Shown: positions 22,830-32,000, numbered from the stretch's first letter. The stretch is 32,000 nt of DNA from Anaerosoma tenue (GCF_023161965.1 NZ_JALNTY010000003.1:11271-43270), one strand, 5' to 3'. The notes: generated from the sequence alone by a model not told the origin. Numbers and translations: made by a program.

Positions 22830-22921
22830 CCACCTGCGGGAAAGAGATGCGAACGTGCGCACTGCCCCTGCGCCATCCGCACGGTGGCTGTATCAGCCCT
22901 GGCCACGGCATGTGATCCGCC

Positions 22922-25555
22922 CTACTTCGCCTCCGCCCAGTTGGGCCCGTATCCGATCCCCACCTCGAGGGGCACCGCAAGCCCGGCCACGCCGGCCATC
23001 GCTTCGCGCGCGAGCGAGGAGAGCGCTTCACGCTCGCCCTCCGGCGCCTCGAACACGAGCTCGTCGTGGACCTGCAGCACCATGCGCGCCTCGTACCCTT
23101 CGGTCCGCAGCCGCCGGTCGACCTCGATCATGGCGAGCTTCATCAGGTCGGCCGCAGTGCCCTGCATCGGGTGGTTCATCGCGGTGCGCTCCCCGAACGA
23201 CCTGAGGTTGTGGTTGCGGTTGCGGAGTTCGGGTATCGGGCGGCGACGGCCGAACATCGTCTCCGCATAGCCGGTCTTGTGCGCCTCGGCTATGGTCTCG
23301 TCGAGGTACGCCCGCACCCTCGGGTAGGCCGCGAAGTACCGGTCGATCGTGGCCTGCGCCTCGGCATACCCGATGCCGAGCGAGTCTCCGAGGCCGTGCG
23401 CCGAGATGCCGTAGACGATGCCGAAGTTCACCGCTTTCGCCTTGCGGCGCATCTCGGCATCGACATCGCCGGGCTCGACATCGAAGACGCGAGCGGCGGT
23501 CGCCGCATGGAAGTCGGCGCCGGAGGTGAACGCCTCGATGAGGCCGGCGTCACCCGACAGGTGGGCAAGGATCCGCAACTCGATCTGTGAGTAGTCGGCG
23601 CTGAGCATGAGATCGCCTGCATGCGCGGGCACGAACGCAGCGCGGATCCGCCTGCCAAGGTCCGTGCGCACCGGGATGTTCTGCAGGTTGGGACCCGATG
23701 AGGAGAGCCGCCCGGTGGCCGCGACGGTCTGGTTGAAGGTCGTGTGCAGCCGCCCGTCCTCCCCAAGCAGCCGTGGCAGAGCGTCGATGTACGTGCTCGT
23801 GAGCTTCGTGAGCTCGCGGTATGCGACGATCTTCTCGGCGATCGGGTGGAGCGGCGCCAGGGTAGCGAGCACACCCGCATCGGTGGAGTAGCCGGTCTTG
23901 GTCTTGCGCTGCGGTGGCAGGCCCAGCTTCTCGAACAGCACCTCAGCGAGCTGCTTGGGCGAGTCGATCGTGAACTCGTACCCTGCGAGGTCGTGGATCT
24001 CGGCGATCAGGGTCTCGATCTCCGCATGCGTTTCGGCGGACAGCGCATCCAGCACGCTGCGGTCGAGCCCGACGCCCGTCTCCTCCATCCGCACGAGCAC
24101 CGGAACGAGCGGCATCTCGATCTCGGTGAAGCAGAGCGTGGCGCCCCAGCCCTCGAGCCTGTCGCGCAGCACTCCGGCGAGTTCTGCCGATGCCTGCGCC
24201 TCCGCAGCTGTGTCACCGGGCTCCACGCTCCTGCCGAGGTACTCGGCGGCAAGCGACGCGATGCCGTAGTCGGAACGGTTCGACGCCAGGAGGTAGGCGG
24301 CGATGCCGCAATCGAACAGCCGCCGGGGGTCCGCCAGTTCGGCCATGCTGCCACGTGGCCCCGCCCCGGAGCCGGGAGGACAGGCCCCCTCGACGAGCGC
24401 CTTCGTGTCGCCCGCGCTCACGTTGCGCGATGTGAGCACGCTCTCCAGCGCGCTCGCGGCCGCCGCACCTTCGAGCACGGCCACCGTGCCGTCATGCGCG
24501 AACGCCACCGCCCGTCCCTCGTCGAACAGGCACTCCTCGCCAGCCGGTCCGGCAGCGACGCCGGCATGGCCTTCGGACGGCGCCGTACACAGGTCACCGA
24601 CCCATCGGACAGCCTCATCGCCTGTCAGATGCCGCCATGCGGCGCTCGCGTCAGGCGCCGGGCGATCGTCGTCGGTCTCCGCCGAACGCGCGGACCGGAG
24701 CCTCGGTATGAGCGACGTGAACGCCAGCTCCGTAAGCGCGGAGAGCGCCTCGGCCTCATCCCACTGGCCCCAACGCACCGCGTCCAGGTCGACGTCGACC
24801 GGAACGTCGCGTCGAATGGTGGCGACCACCCTGCTGGCCAGTGCGGCGTCCGCGTTCCCACGGAGGTTCTCTCCAAGCTTGCCCTTGATGTCGGGCGCCC
24901 GCTCGAGCACCTCCTCGAGCGTGCCGTGCTCCTGCAGGAGCTTGGCGGCCGTCTTCTCGCCCACCCCCGGCACACCAGGGATATTGTCCGACGGATCGCC
25001 CTTGAGGCCGAGGAAGTCCGCTACCTGCTCGGGCATGACCCCGTACCGCTCGAACACGGCGTCGCGATCGTAGACGACGATGTCGGTGATGCCCTTCTTG
25101 GTGCTCACCACGCTGACGTTGTCATCGACGAGCTGCAGGGCGTCCTTGTCGCCCGTGATGAGCAGGACGCGCATCCCCTCGGCCGAACCGCGTGCCGCAA
25201 GCGTGCCGAGGACATCGTCGCCCTCCCACCCCTCCGCTTCGACGATCGGTATAGCGAGCGACGTGAGCAGCTCCTTGATCATCGGGAACTGCGCCTTGAG
25301 ATCGGGGTCGGTGGGTGGACGCTGGATCTTGTACTGGGCCAGCGCCTCGGTGCGGAACGCCGGCTTGCCGCGGTCGAACGCCACCACGACCGCATCCGGC
25401 CCCAGATCGGCCACCATCTTCAGCAGCATCGTCATGAAGCCGAAGACGGCGTTGGTGGGACGCCCGTCTGGCGCCGTCATCGTGGGCGGCAGACCGTGGA
25501 AGGCACGGTGCAGCAGGCTGTTTCCGTCGATCACGGCTATCGTGCGTTCGGACAT
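22922..25555 (-). CDS. polA: DNA polymerase I (5'-3' exonuclease and polymerase domains)
   Basis: 877 aa; MSERTIAVIDGNSLLHRAFHGLPPTM, SADYSQIELRILAHLSGD, RRKAKAVNFGIVYGIS, LQVHDELVFE. Confidence 0.98.
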   Translation of the reverse strand: MSERTIAVIDGNSLLHRAFHGLPPTMTAPDGRPTNAVFGFMTMLLKMVADLGPDAVVVAFDRGKPAFRTEALAQYKIQRPPTDPDLKAQFPMIKELLTSLAIPIVEAEGWEGDDVLGTLAARGSAEGMRVLLITGDKDALQLVDDNVSVVSTKKGITDIVVYDRDAVFERYGVMPEQVADFLGLKGDPSDNIPGVPGVGEKTAAKLLQEHGTLEEVLERAPDIKGKLGENLRGNADAALASRVVATIRRDVPVDVDLDAVRWGQWDEAEALSALTELAFTSLIPRLRSARSAETDDDRPAPDASAAWRHLTGDEAVRWVGDLCTAPSEGHAGVAAGPAGEECLFDEGRAVAFAHDGTVAVLEGAAAASALESVLTSRNVSAGDTKALVEGACPPGSGAGPRGSMAELADPRRLFDCGIAAYLLASNRSDYGIASLAAEYLGRSVEPGDTAAEAQASAELAGVLRDRLEGWGATLCFTEIEMPLVPVLVRMEETGVGLDRSVLDALSAETHAEIETLIAEIHDLAGYEFTIDSPKQLAEVLFEKLGLPPQRKTKTGYSTDAGVLATLAPLHPIAEKIVAYRELTKLTSTYIDALPRLLGEDGRLHTTFNQTVAATGRLSSSGPNLQNIPVRTDLGRRIRAAFVPAHAGDLMLSADYSQIELRILAHLSGDAGLIEAFTSGADFHAATAARVFDVEPGDVDAEMRRKAKAVNFGIVYGISAHGLGDSLGIGYAEAQATIDRYFAAYPRVRAYLDETIAEAHKTGYAETMFGRRRPIPELRNRNHNLRSFGERTAMNHPMQGTAADLMKLAMIEVDRRLRTEGYEARMVLQVHDELVFEAPEGEREALSSLAREAMAGVAGLAVPLEVGIGYGPNWAEAK

Positions 25556-25702
25556 GCGGCGCCTTTCGGAGTAGAATCGCTGCCATCAGCCGAGGCCGGG
25601 CATGCTCACGATTGTACCCGAGGGCCTGACAGCGGAAGCGACGCGGAAGGACGGAGACGCCACCGGCCGCGCACCGCTCCGGGAAGCGAAGGTGGCAGCG
25701 CG

Positions 25703-26299
25703 ATGGGCTTCTTCAACTGGGCCGCTCCCTTCATCCGCCGGTACGGCGACCGGTTCACCGCCGAAGACGCCGAGGCGATCGCGGGGTGGCTGGAGCCGGC
25801 CGTGAAACCGGGTGGCCGCATCCTCGACGTGGGCGGCGGCTCGGGCCAACTCGCAGCGCTCCTCGCCGACGCGCTCCAGGCGAACGTGACGGTCCTCGAG
25901 CCCACGGCCGAGATCCTCGCCTACGTGAACGCCACCGAGCGCGTGTCGGCCGTTCAGGGGACCGCCGAGGAGATGCCGCTCGCCGATGACGCCTTCGATG
26001 CGATCGTGGTGACCGACGCCTTCCACCACTTCCGCGATCAGACGGCTGCCGTGGCGGAGTTCAGACGGGTCGTGCGCGACGGCGGGTTCGTGCTGGTGCT
26101 CGACCTCGACCCTCGGCCGCTCGCGATGCGCCTGATCGCGCTCGCCGAACGGCTGGTGGGAGAGCCCGCAACGTTCATGACGCCGGAGCAGATGTGCGCG
26201 TTCATGGCCGAGCGCGGCATCGAGGGCCGGTGCGAACCGCTCAGGAAGGCCGACTACCGGTTCCTCGGCACCGTGAGCAAACAGCGTCCGGCGGCCTGA
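25703..26299 (+). CDS. Class I SAM-dependent methyltransferase
   Basis: 198 aa; motif I ILDVGGGSGQLAALLA, later VVTDAFHHFRDQTAAVAEFRRVVRDGG. Confidence 0.9.
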   Translation: MGFFNWAAPFIRRYGDRFTAEDAEAIAGWLEPAVKPGGRILDVGGGSGQLAALLADALQANVTVLEPTAEILAYVNATERVSAVQGTAEEMPLADDAFDAIVVTDAFHHFRDQTAAVAEFRRVVRDGGFVLVLDLDPRPLAMRLIALAERLVGEPATFMTPEQMCAFMAERGIEGRCEPLRKADYRFLGTVSKQRPAA

Positions 26300-26305
26300 T
26301 CCCGG

Positions 26306-26977
26306 TCAGCCGCGCCAGAGGTACCCCACGTTGCGGACGGTCTCGAGCCGTCGTGAGACCTCGGGCCCGAGCTTGGAGCGCACGCGCCTCACGTGCACAT
26401 CGACAGTACGTGCGCCGCCGAAGTAATCGGTCCCCCATACCCTGCTGAGCAGGATCTCCCTGCTGTACACACGGTTGGGATGGGTCACGAGGAACGCGAA
26501 CAGCGAGTACTCCAGGTACGTGAACTCCACGGCGGTGTCGCCGAGGTAGGCCTGGTAGGTGGCGAGGTTCAGGGTAAGGTCGTCGATACGGACGATATCG
26601 TGAGCCGCGACCTCCTCGCCCGGCCACAGGAGCGCACGCACCCGGGCGGTAACCTCGGCGGCCGACGAACCGCGCACCACGAAGTCGGCGGTCACGGCCA
26701 CCGGCAGACGCAGACGTTCAAGCACATCGGCCGGCACCAGCAACAGCAACCGGAGTTCCGAGCCGCGCCCCGCCGCATTCTCGGCGAGCGCGATGATCCG
26801 GTCGGGAGCCTCTCCGGCATCGGCGATCACGAGATCGCACGGCTCGGCCAGCAAACGGGACTCAAGATCGCCCACCGGGCAATAGAAGATGGCCGCGTCG
26901 AGCGCGCCCACGCCCGTCTCGACCCACGCCCGCGTGTGGACGTCGTCCGCCGCTATGACGACACGCTTCACATGCAT
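26306..26977 (-). CDS. OmpR-family winged-helix response regulator, GlnR-like
   Basis: 223 aa; C-terminal wHTH FTYLEYSLFAFLVTHPNRVYSREILLSRVWGTDYFGGARTVDVHVRRVRSKLGPEVSRRLETVRNVGYLWRG, similar to recalled actinobacterial GlnR; divergent receiver domain; downstream of glnA with no adjacent histidine kinase. Confidence 0.85.
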   Translation of the reverse strand: MHVKRVVIAADDVHTRAWVETGVGALDAAIFYCPVGDLESRLLAEPCDLVIADAGEAPDRIIALAENAAGRGSELRLLLLVPADVLERLRLPVAVTADFVVRGSSAAEVTARVRALLWPGEEVAAHDIVRIDDLTLNLATYQAYLGDTAVEFTYLEYSLFAFLVTHPNRVYSREILLSRVWGTDYFGGARTVDVHVRRVRSKLGPEVSRRLETVRNVGYLWRG

Positions 26978-27010
26978 GCCCGGCCGCTCCTCTCCCTCTA
27001 CAGAAGTGTA

Positions 27011-27039
27011 ACGCCGGGCAGGGTGTTCCTGCCCGGCGT
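27011..27039 (-). terminator. glnA terminator hairpin
   Basis: Perfect 11-bp stem ACGCCGGGCAG / CTGCCCGGCGT with 7-nt loop between the glnA stop (27085) and the regulator gene, followed by TACACTTCTG. Confidence 0.65.
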
Positions 27040-27084
27040 CATTGCCGTCGTGCTGTACCGCGTATCCCGCGATGCGGGCGAAGC

Positions 27085-28431
27085 CTACAGGATCGACAGG
27101 TACTTGCCCTGCTCCCAGGGGGTCACGTACGCCACGTACTCGGCCCACTCGGCCTTCTTGTTGGCCACGAAGAAGCTGTGGATGTGCTCGCCGAGGACCT
27201 CCTTCATCAACTCCGACTCCTCGAAGAGCGCGATCGCTTCGCCAAGGTCCTTGGGCAGCGTGCGGATGCCTGATTCCGCCAACTCCTCCTCGGTCATGTG
27301 GAAGATGTTGTTGGTGGCCTCGGGCATGAGCTCCAGGCCTTCCTCGATACCCTTGAGGCCGGCGCCGAGCATGACCGCGAACGCGAGGTAGGGGTTGGCC
27401 GAGGGGTCGGGCGAGCGCAGCTCCACGCGGGTCGCGACCTCCTTGCCGGGCTTGTACATCGGGACGCGCACCATGGCCGAGCGGTTGCGGCGCGCCCAGG
27501 TGACGTACACGGGGGCCTCATAACCCGGCACGAGGCGCTTGTAGGAGTTCACGAACTGGTTCGTGACCGCGCAGAACTCGGGGGCGTACTTGAGCAGGCC
27601 GGCGATGTAGCTCTTGCCCACCGGCGACAGGTTGTAGCCCTCGGGATCGTTCGCGTCGAAGAACGCGTTGCCCTCCTCGTTGAACAGCGACTGGTGCACG
27701 TGCATGCCCGAGCCGTTCACACCCTGTACCGGCTTGGGCATGAAGGTGGCGTAGACGCCACTCGCGTACGCGACCTCTTTCACGGTGAGACGGTAGGTCA
27801 TCACGTTGTCGGCCATGGTGAGCGCGTCGGCATACCGGAGGTCGATCTCGTGCTGCGACGGCGCCACCTCGTGGTGCGAGTACTCCACCGGGATGCCGAG
27901 CTTCTCGAGGTTGAGAACCGTCTCGCGGCGCAGGTTGCTCGCCACGTCGAGCGGCGTGAGATCGAAGTAGCCACCCTGGTCGAGCATCTCGGTGCCGCAC
28001 GAGTCGGCGAAGTAGAAGAACTCGAGCTCGGGGCCCACGTACATCGTGTACCCCATGTCGGCGGCCTTCTTGAGCACGCGCTTCAGCGCGTACCGCGGAT
28101 CGCCCTCGAACGGCGTGCCGTCAGGGTTGAGAACGTCGCAGAACATGCGGCCGGTGCCACCCATGTGGTCCTCGCTGCTGCGCCAGGGCAGGAGCTGGAA
28201 GGTCCCGGGATCCGGGTAGGCCACCATGTCCGACTCCTCGATGCGGGTGAAACCGTCGATCGATGAGCCATCGAAGCCCATACCCTCTTCGAACGCTCCC
28301 TCGAGCTCGCTGTCGGTCACCGCGAACGACTTGAGGAAGCCGAGCACGTCGGTGAACCAGAAGCGGATGAACCGGGTCCCCCGCTCCTCAACGCTCTTCA
28401 GCACGTAGTCCTTGTCCATCGTCTTGTCCAT
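27085..28431 (-). CDS. glnA: Glutamine synthetase type I (alpha subtype)
   Basis: 448 aa; LGFLKSF, GMGFDGSSIDGFTRIEESDM, PELEFFYF, VNGSGMHVHQSLF; C-terminal NNIFHMTEEELAESGIRTLP is GSI-alpha-like and lacks the adenylylation-site context. Confidence 0.97.
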   Translation of the reverse strand: MDKTMDKDYVLKSVEERGTRFIRFWFTDVLGFLKSFAVTDSELEGAFEEGMGFDGSSIDGFTRIEESDMVAYPDPGTFQLLPWRSSEDHMGGTGRMFCDVLNPDGTPFEGDPRYALKRVLKKAADMGYTMYVGPELEFFYFADSCGTEMLDQGGYFDLTPLDVASNLRRETVLNLEKLGIPVEYSHHEVAPSQHEIDLRYADALTMADNVMTYRLTVKEVAYASGVYATFMPKPVQGVNGSGMHVHQSLFNEEGNAFFDANDPEGYNLSPVGKSYIAGLLKYAPEFCAVTNQFVNSYKRLVPGYEAPVYVTWARRNRSAMVRVPMYKPGKEVATRVELRSPDPSANPYLAFAVMLGAGLKGIEEGLELMPEATNNIFHMTEEELAESGIRTLPKDLGEAIALFEESELMKEVLGEHIHSFFVANKKAEWAEYVAYVTPWEQGKYLSIL

Positions 28432-28482
28432 CTCGGATTCCTTTCAGTGAGTCATGGTTCACGAGCAGCGTAGGATCGCTGT

Positions 28483-28498
28483 GTTTCGTGCGTGTTTC
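28483..28498 (-). promoter_or_regulatory. Possible GlnR-like repeats upstream of glnA
   Basis: Minus strand GAAAC-ACGCAC-GAAAC, two b-type half-sites at exact 11-bp phase, about 52-67 nt upstream of the glnA ATG. Confidence 0.35.
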
Positions 28499-28581
28499 CG
28501 GTGGGATAACGGGGCGAGAAACCTGTCCGTCTCGGGTATCCTTACAGGACGATGCCGAGGGATTCCGGGGAGGAACGACAG

Positions 28582-29136
28582 GTGCTGAGAGGATCGACCA
28601 CCTATCTCACGCGGTTCGACAAGGCCCATATCGAGACAGTGCGCGGCTGGCTCAACGACCCAGCCGTCAACGAGTGGCTCCTCTCCAGCCAGCTGCCCTA
28701 CTCGAGCGAGCAGGAGGCCGCTTTCTTCGATCTCACCGAGCGCGAGTGGTCCCAGGGCACCGCGTACCGGTTCGAGATCCACGTCGCCGAAGACGACCGC
28801 CTCGTTGGCATCACCGGACTCGACGACGTGATCCTGCTCCACCGGCGCGCCGAAGTCGGCATCTTCGTGGGCTCGCTTGCGCATCAGAACCGGGGATATG
28901 GCCGGGACGCCCTCGTGACGCTCCTGCGATTCGGATTCGACAACCTCGGCCTGCACTCGATCGCCATCAGGGCGAACACCGAGAACGAGCGCGCCGTGCA
29001 TCTCTACCGCTCCATCGGGTTCACCGAGACCGGCCGCGAGCGCGAGTGCGCGTTCATGCGCGGCCGCTTCCACGACCACGTCTGCTTCGACATGCTGGCC
29101 TCGGAGTTCCACGAGCGGTACGGCCTTTCCGGCTGA
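28582..29136 (+). CDS. GNAT family N-acetyltransferase (RimJ/RimL-like)
   Basis: LVGITGLDDVILLHRRAEVGIFVGSLAHQNRGYGRDALVTLLRFGFDNLGLHSIAIRANTENERAVHLYRSIGFTETGRERE; GTG start preceded by GGGGAGGAA. Confidence 0.9.
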   Translation: MLRGSTTYLTRFDKAHIETVRGWLNDPAVNEWLLSSQLPYSSEQEAAFFDLTEREWSQGTAYRFEIHVAEDDRLVGITGLDDVILLHRRAEVGIFVGSLAHQNRGYGRDALVTLLRFGFDNLGLHSIAIRANTENERAVHLYRSIGFTETGRERECAFMRGRFHDHVCFDMLASEFHERYGLSG

Positions 29137-29970
29137 TCACATCGATGCGTAGAGCTTGGCGTACGGACGGTGGCTCATCGGGCTGATCCGCACGAACGGG
29201 GCCGAGAGGATCTCGTCGGCGTCCATCCCCATCGCCGTGGCATACTCCTGGATCACCGGGCGCAGTTCGGCCATGTGCTCCTCGCCGACCTCGACGACCC
29301 CCACCTCGGCTCCGCACTGCCATGGCTCCACGCGCCCGCGCACGTAGATGACGCCCCCGTGCATGCCTGCGCCAAGGAAGGAGCCCGCGATCGGCTGCGA
29401 TCCGTCACGGGCGTTCATGCCGAGAAGCACGAGCATGCCGCCCGCCATGTACTCACCGAAGAAGTCGCGCGCCTTGCCGCCGCACACGAGCACCGGCACG
29501 TTCTTCTCGTACGCCTTCATGTGGATGCCCACGCGGTAGCCCACGTCTCCGCGGACGAAGACCTTGCCGCCACGCATGCCATAGCCGAGCACATCGCCAG
29601 CGTCGCCGCGCACGACGACCGTGCCGCCGCTCATGGTGTTGCCCACCCCGTCCTGGGCGTTGCCGTTGACCTCGATAGAGACGCCGTTCGCGAACATGGC
29701 CAGGTCGTTGCCGGCGGTGCCTTCCACGCTGATGCGCACACCCGGCGCCCGGAGCCCGGCGCCGATGTAGCGCTGACCGTTCACCCCGGTGATCCGCACG
29801 TCGCGCACGCCTGCGTCGATCAGACGCCTGACGGCATCGTTGAGTTGCTGGAAGTACACGCCCGTGCTGTCAACGACAGCTACATCACCGTCACGGTCGA
29901 CCAGGGGTGCGACCTGCCTGTACCCTTCGATCACGCCGGCAGGCGGGACACTCGTTGCTGCTTTCACCAT
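29137..29970 (-). CDS. Glutamate synthase GXGXG-domain subunit (GltB3-like)
   Basis: Repetitive GXGXG beta-helix: GNAQDGVGNTMSGGTVVVRGDAGDVLGYGMRGGKVFVRGDVGYRVGIHM...GGMLVLLG; directly downstream of the FMN-domain gene. Confidence 0.9.
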   Translation of the reverse strand: MVKAATSVPPAGVIEGYRQVAPLVDRDGDVAVVDSTGVYFQQLNDAVRRLIDAGVRDVRITGVNGQRYIGAGLRAPGVRISVEGTAGNDLAMFANGVSIEVNGNAQDGVGNTMSGGTVVVRGDAGDVLGYGMRGGKVFVRGDVGYRVGIHMKAYEKNVPVLVCGGKARDFFGEYMAGGMLVLLGMNARDGSQPIAGSFLGAGMHGGVIYVRGRVEPWQCGAEVGVVEVGEEHMAELRPVIQEYATAMGMDADEILSAPFVRISPMSHRPYAKLYASM

Positions 29971-29986
29971 TCCGGGCACCCCTTTC

Positions 29987-31498
29987 CTACAGTCCGGCGG
30001 GCTTGACGCCAAGGACCCGGCAGGTCTGCTCGTCGAGACCGATCGCGCGCAGACGCTCGCGGCTGCCTCGCAGGCTTTCCACGGCGTTCACGCCGAGCGC
30101 GCCGAGGATCTCCTGGAGCTCGTGACTCCACGCGTGCACGAGGTTCGTGAGCCGCTCGGCGCCCCAGTCGGGATCGATGCGTCGTGTGAGCTCGGGCTTC
30201 TGCGTGGTGATGCCCCACGAGCACTTGCCCGTGTGGCAGCTCTGGCAGAGGTGGCAGCCCAGCGCGAGCAGCGTTGCGGTGCCGATCGCCACGGCATCCG
30301 CCCCCAGCGCGATCGCCTTGGCGGCATCGGCCGAGGATCGGATGGAACCCGCGGCGATGATGCTCGCCTGGTTGCGGATCCCTTCGTCCCGCAGCCGCTG
30401 GTCGACCACCGCCAGCGCGATCTCCACCGGGATGCCGATGTGGTCCCGGATCACCTGAGGGGCCGCACCGGTACCGCCGCGGAAGCCGTCGAGGTAGATG
30501 TAGTCGGCCCCGGCCCGCACGATGCCGCTCGCGATCGCGGCCACGTTATGCACGGCGGCGATCTTCACGCCCACCGGCTTGTAGCCCGTGGCTTCCTTGA
30601 GCGCGTAGATGAGCTGGCGCAGGTCCTCGATCGAGTAGATGTCGTGATGCGGAGCCGGTGATATGGCGTCTGAACCCTGGGGCACCATCCGCGTGGCCGA
30701 CACATCGCGGTCGATCTTCTCACCCGGGAGGTGTCCTCCGATGCCGGGCTTCGCCCCCTGGCCGATCTTGATCTCAAGGGCCGCGGCACGATCGAGCACG
30801 TCGGGATCCAGACCGAAGCGTCCGGAGGCGACCTGCAGGATGATGTTGTCCTGGTACGGGAAGAGGTCCTCGTGCATGCCCCCTTCGCCCGTGTTCATCA
30901 TGGTGCCGAGGCGCTGAGCGGCCATCGCTATCGACTTGTGCACGTTCAGCGACACCGACCCGTAACTCATCGGGGCGAAGATGATGGGAACGTCGAGCCT
31001 GATGTTACGGGACACGCCTCCGTCGTCGGCGAGCATGAACCCGCCTTCGGGGTCGGGCACCACCGACACGGCGTCGGGTTTGCGCCCGAGGTACGTGCGC
31101 AGCTCCATCGGCTCGCGGAGCGGGTCGATGGACGGGTTGGTCACCTGGCACGCATCGAGCACGAGCTTGTCGAAGATCCGCTCGTACGGCTTCGGGTTGC
31201 CCATCGACGTGAGCAGCACACCGCCCGTCTCCGCCTGCCGCCACACCGACGTGCGCGCATCCACCGACCAGTTGTCGTTGTCACGGAACGCGAGCGTGTT
31301 CTTCTCGATCGTGATGCAGTGCGCCGGGCAGTACGTCACGCAGCGATGGCATGCGCGGCACTTCTCGTCATGCGGGATCGGGCGCTCGTTGAACTCGTAC
31401 ACGCCCCAGCCGCACTGCTGTACGCAGCGCCCACACTTGTGGCACTTGTCGTAGTCGATCTTGACCCGGAACTCGGGCTGCACGAACGTCTGCTGCAT
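29987..31498 (-). CDS. Glutamate synthase FMN-binding domain subunit with N-terminal ferredoxin domain (GltB2-like)
   Basis: 503 aa; KCHKCGRCVQQCGWGVYEF and KCRACHRCVTYCPAHC [4Fe-4S] motifs, then APMSYGSVSLNVHKSIAMAA, GEGGMHEDLF, GQGAKPGIGGHLPGEKI, DGFRGGTGAAP, GCHLCQSCHTGKCSWGITTQ. Confidence 0.94.
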   Translation of the reverse strand: MQQTFVQPEFRVKIDYDKCHKCGRCVQQCGWGVYEFNERPIPHDEKCRACHRCVTYCPAHCITIEKNTLAFRDNDNWSVDARTSVWRQAETGGVLLTSMGNPKPYERIFDKLVLDACQVTNPSIDPLREPMELRTYLGRKPDAVSVVPDPEGGFMLADDGGVSRNIRLDVPIIFAPMSYGSVSLNVHKSIAMAAQRLGTMMNTGEGGMHEDLFPYQDNIILQVASGRFGLDPDVLDRAAALEIKIGQGAKPGIGGHLPGEKIDRDVSATRMVPQGSDAISPAPHHDIYSIEDLRQLIYALKEATGYKPVGVKIAAVHNVAAIASGIVRAGADYIYLDGFRGGTGAAPQVIRDHIGIPVEIALAVVDQRLRDEGIRNQASIIAAGSIRSSADAAKAIALGADAVAIGTATLLALGCHLCQSCHTGKCSWGITTQKPELTRRIDPDWGAERLTNLVHAWSHELQEILGALGVNAVESLRGSRERLRAIGLDEQTCRVLGVKPAGL

Positions 31499-31500
31499 CT

Positions 31501-32000
31501 TCAGACCGCCACTTCCTCGAGCTCGTGACAGGCATCGGCCGCCGTGACGGCGCATGAGATCTCGGCCGGTGAAGCGTGGAGCTGGCTGTGGAACGGCGGC
31601 TCCATCCCCTCGACCCTGGCGATGACCGGCTCGCCTGCTTTGGGCGCCCACACCTCGTCGGGAGCCGTCAGCACCGTGTGGATCGCGCTCTCCTCCGAGG
31701 CGACCATCAAACGGCTGCCGCTCCGCGCCGCAACGAGCGGCCGGAGCTTGATGCGGTCGTTGAGGGCCACCATGCCCCCGTTGAAACCGAGCACGATCGC
31801 GAACGGACCGTTGAGCATCCCCGGTCCGTAGACGGCCCGCAGCGAACGCATGACCGCAGCGTCTCGGTCGGGCATGCGATCGATATCCGACCACAGCGGC
31901 GCGGCGAGCGCCTTGCACGCCAGCTCCACCGGCAGCTTGTGCCGGCGAAGCATCAGGTCGAAGAGGTAGGCTGCCACCTCGGTGTCCGTGCCGAGCGAGC
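31501..32000 (-). CDS. Glutamate synthase glutamine amidotransferase class-II domain subunit (GltB1-like), N-terminus beyond the window
   Basis: SLGTDTEVAAYLFDLMLRRHKLPVELACKALAAPL...MRSLRAVYGPGMLNGPFAIVLGFNGGMVALNDRIKLRPLVAARSGSRLMVASEESAI matches class-II amidotransferase domains; frame open to the window edge; 2-nt gap to GltB2. Confidence 0.9.
   Translation of the reverse strand, partial: SLGTDTEVAAYLFDLMLRRHKLPVELACKALAAPLWSDIDRMPDRDAAVMRSLRAVYGPGMLNGPFAIVLGFNGGMVALNDRIKLRPLVAARSGSRLMVASEESAIHTVLTAPDEVWAPKAGEPVIARVEGMEPPFHSQLHASPAEISCAVTAADACHELEEVAV

Noticed and set aside
21217-23205. 662-aa plus-strand ORF and the smaller ORFs around 21286..21656
   Set aside because: Antisense to rpsA and the polA 3' end; its repetitive LRLVLG-type sequence mirrors the acidic S1 tail codons.
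23744-26299. 851-aa plus-strand ORF as one protein
   Set aside because: The first ~650 codons are antisense to polA; only the methyltransferase from ATG 25703 is supported.

Overview
High-GC bacterial chromosome segment. By gene content and order (polA-rpsA-coaE-uvrB, amt-glnB-glnD, GlnR-like regulator) it looks actinobacterial; this placement is an inference. It is almost entirely ordinary protein-coding chromosome: uvrA (truncated), amt-glnB-glnD, an SDR dehydrogenase, acs, larE, two small membrane proteins, an ABC1 kinase with a coiled-coil partner, a Zn/Cd-type P1B ATPase, an ABC-2 transporter pair, two tandem paralogous membrane-anchored proteins, uvrB, coaE, rpsA, polA, a methyltransferase, a GlnR-like regulator, glnA, a GNAT acetyltransferase, and a split ferredoxin-type glutamate synthase. 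No CRISPR array, tRNA, rRNA or mobile element was recognised. The most notable signal is in the P1B ATPase at 12852..15248 (-). Its reading frame contains one in-frame TGA (14970-14972) exactly where the first Cys of the second HMA-domain CxxC motif belongs (LEGLD-[TGA]-PDCARTV). A potential bacterial SECIS hairpin follows directly. Conventional gene calling would split it into a 92-aa ORF and a 699-aa ORF, but it reads best as one selenoprotein with a UxxC metal-binding motif. Secondary signals are a strong GlnR-like box upstream of amt, a promoter with overlapping palindromes in its spacer upstream of the ABC1-kinase operon, and a tandem pair of uncharacterised extracytoplasmic proteins.
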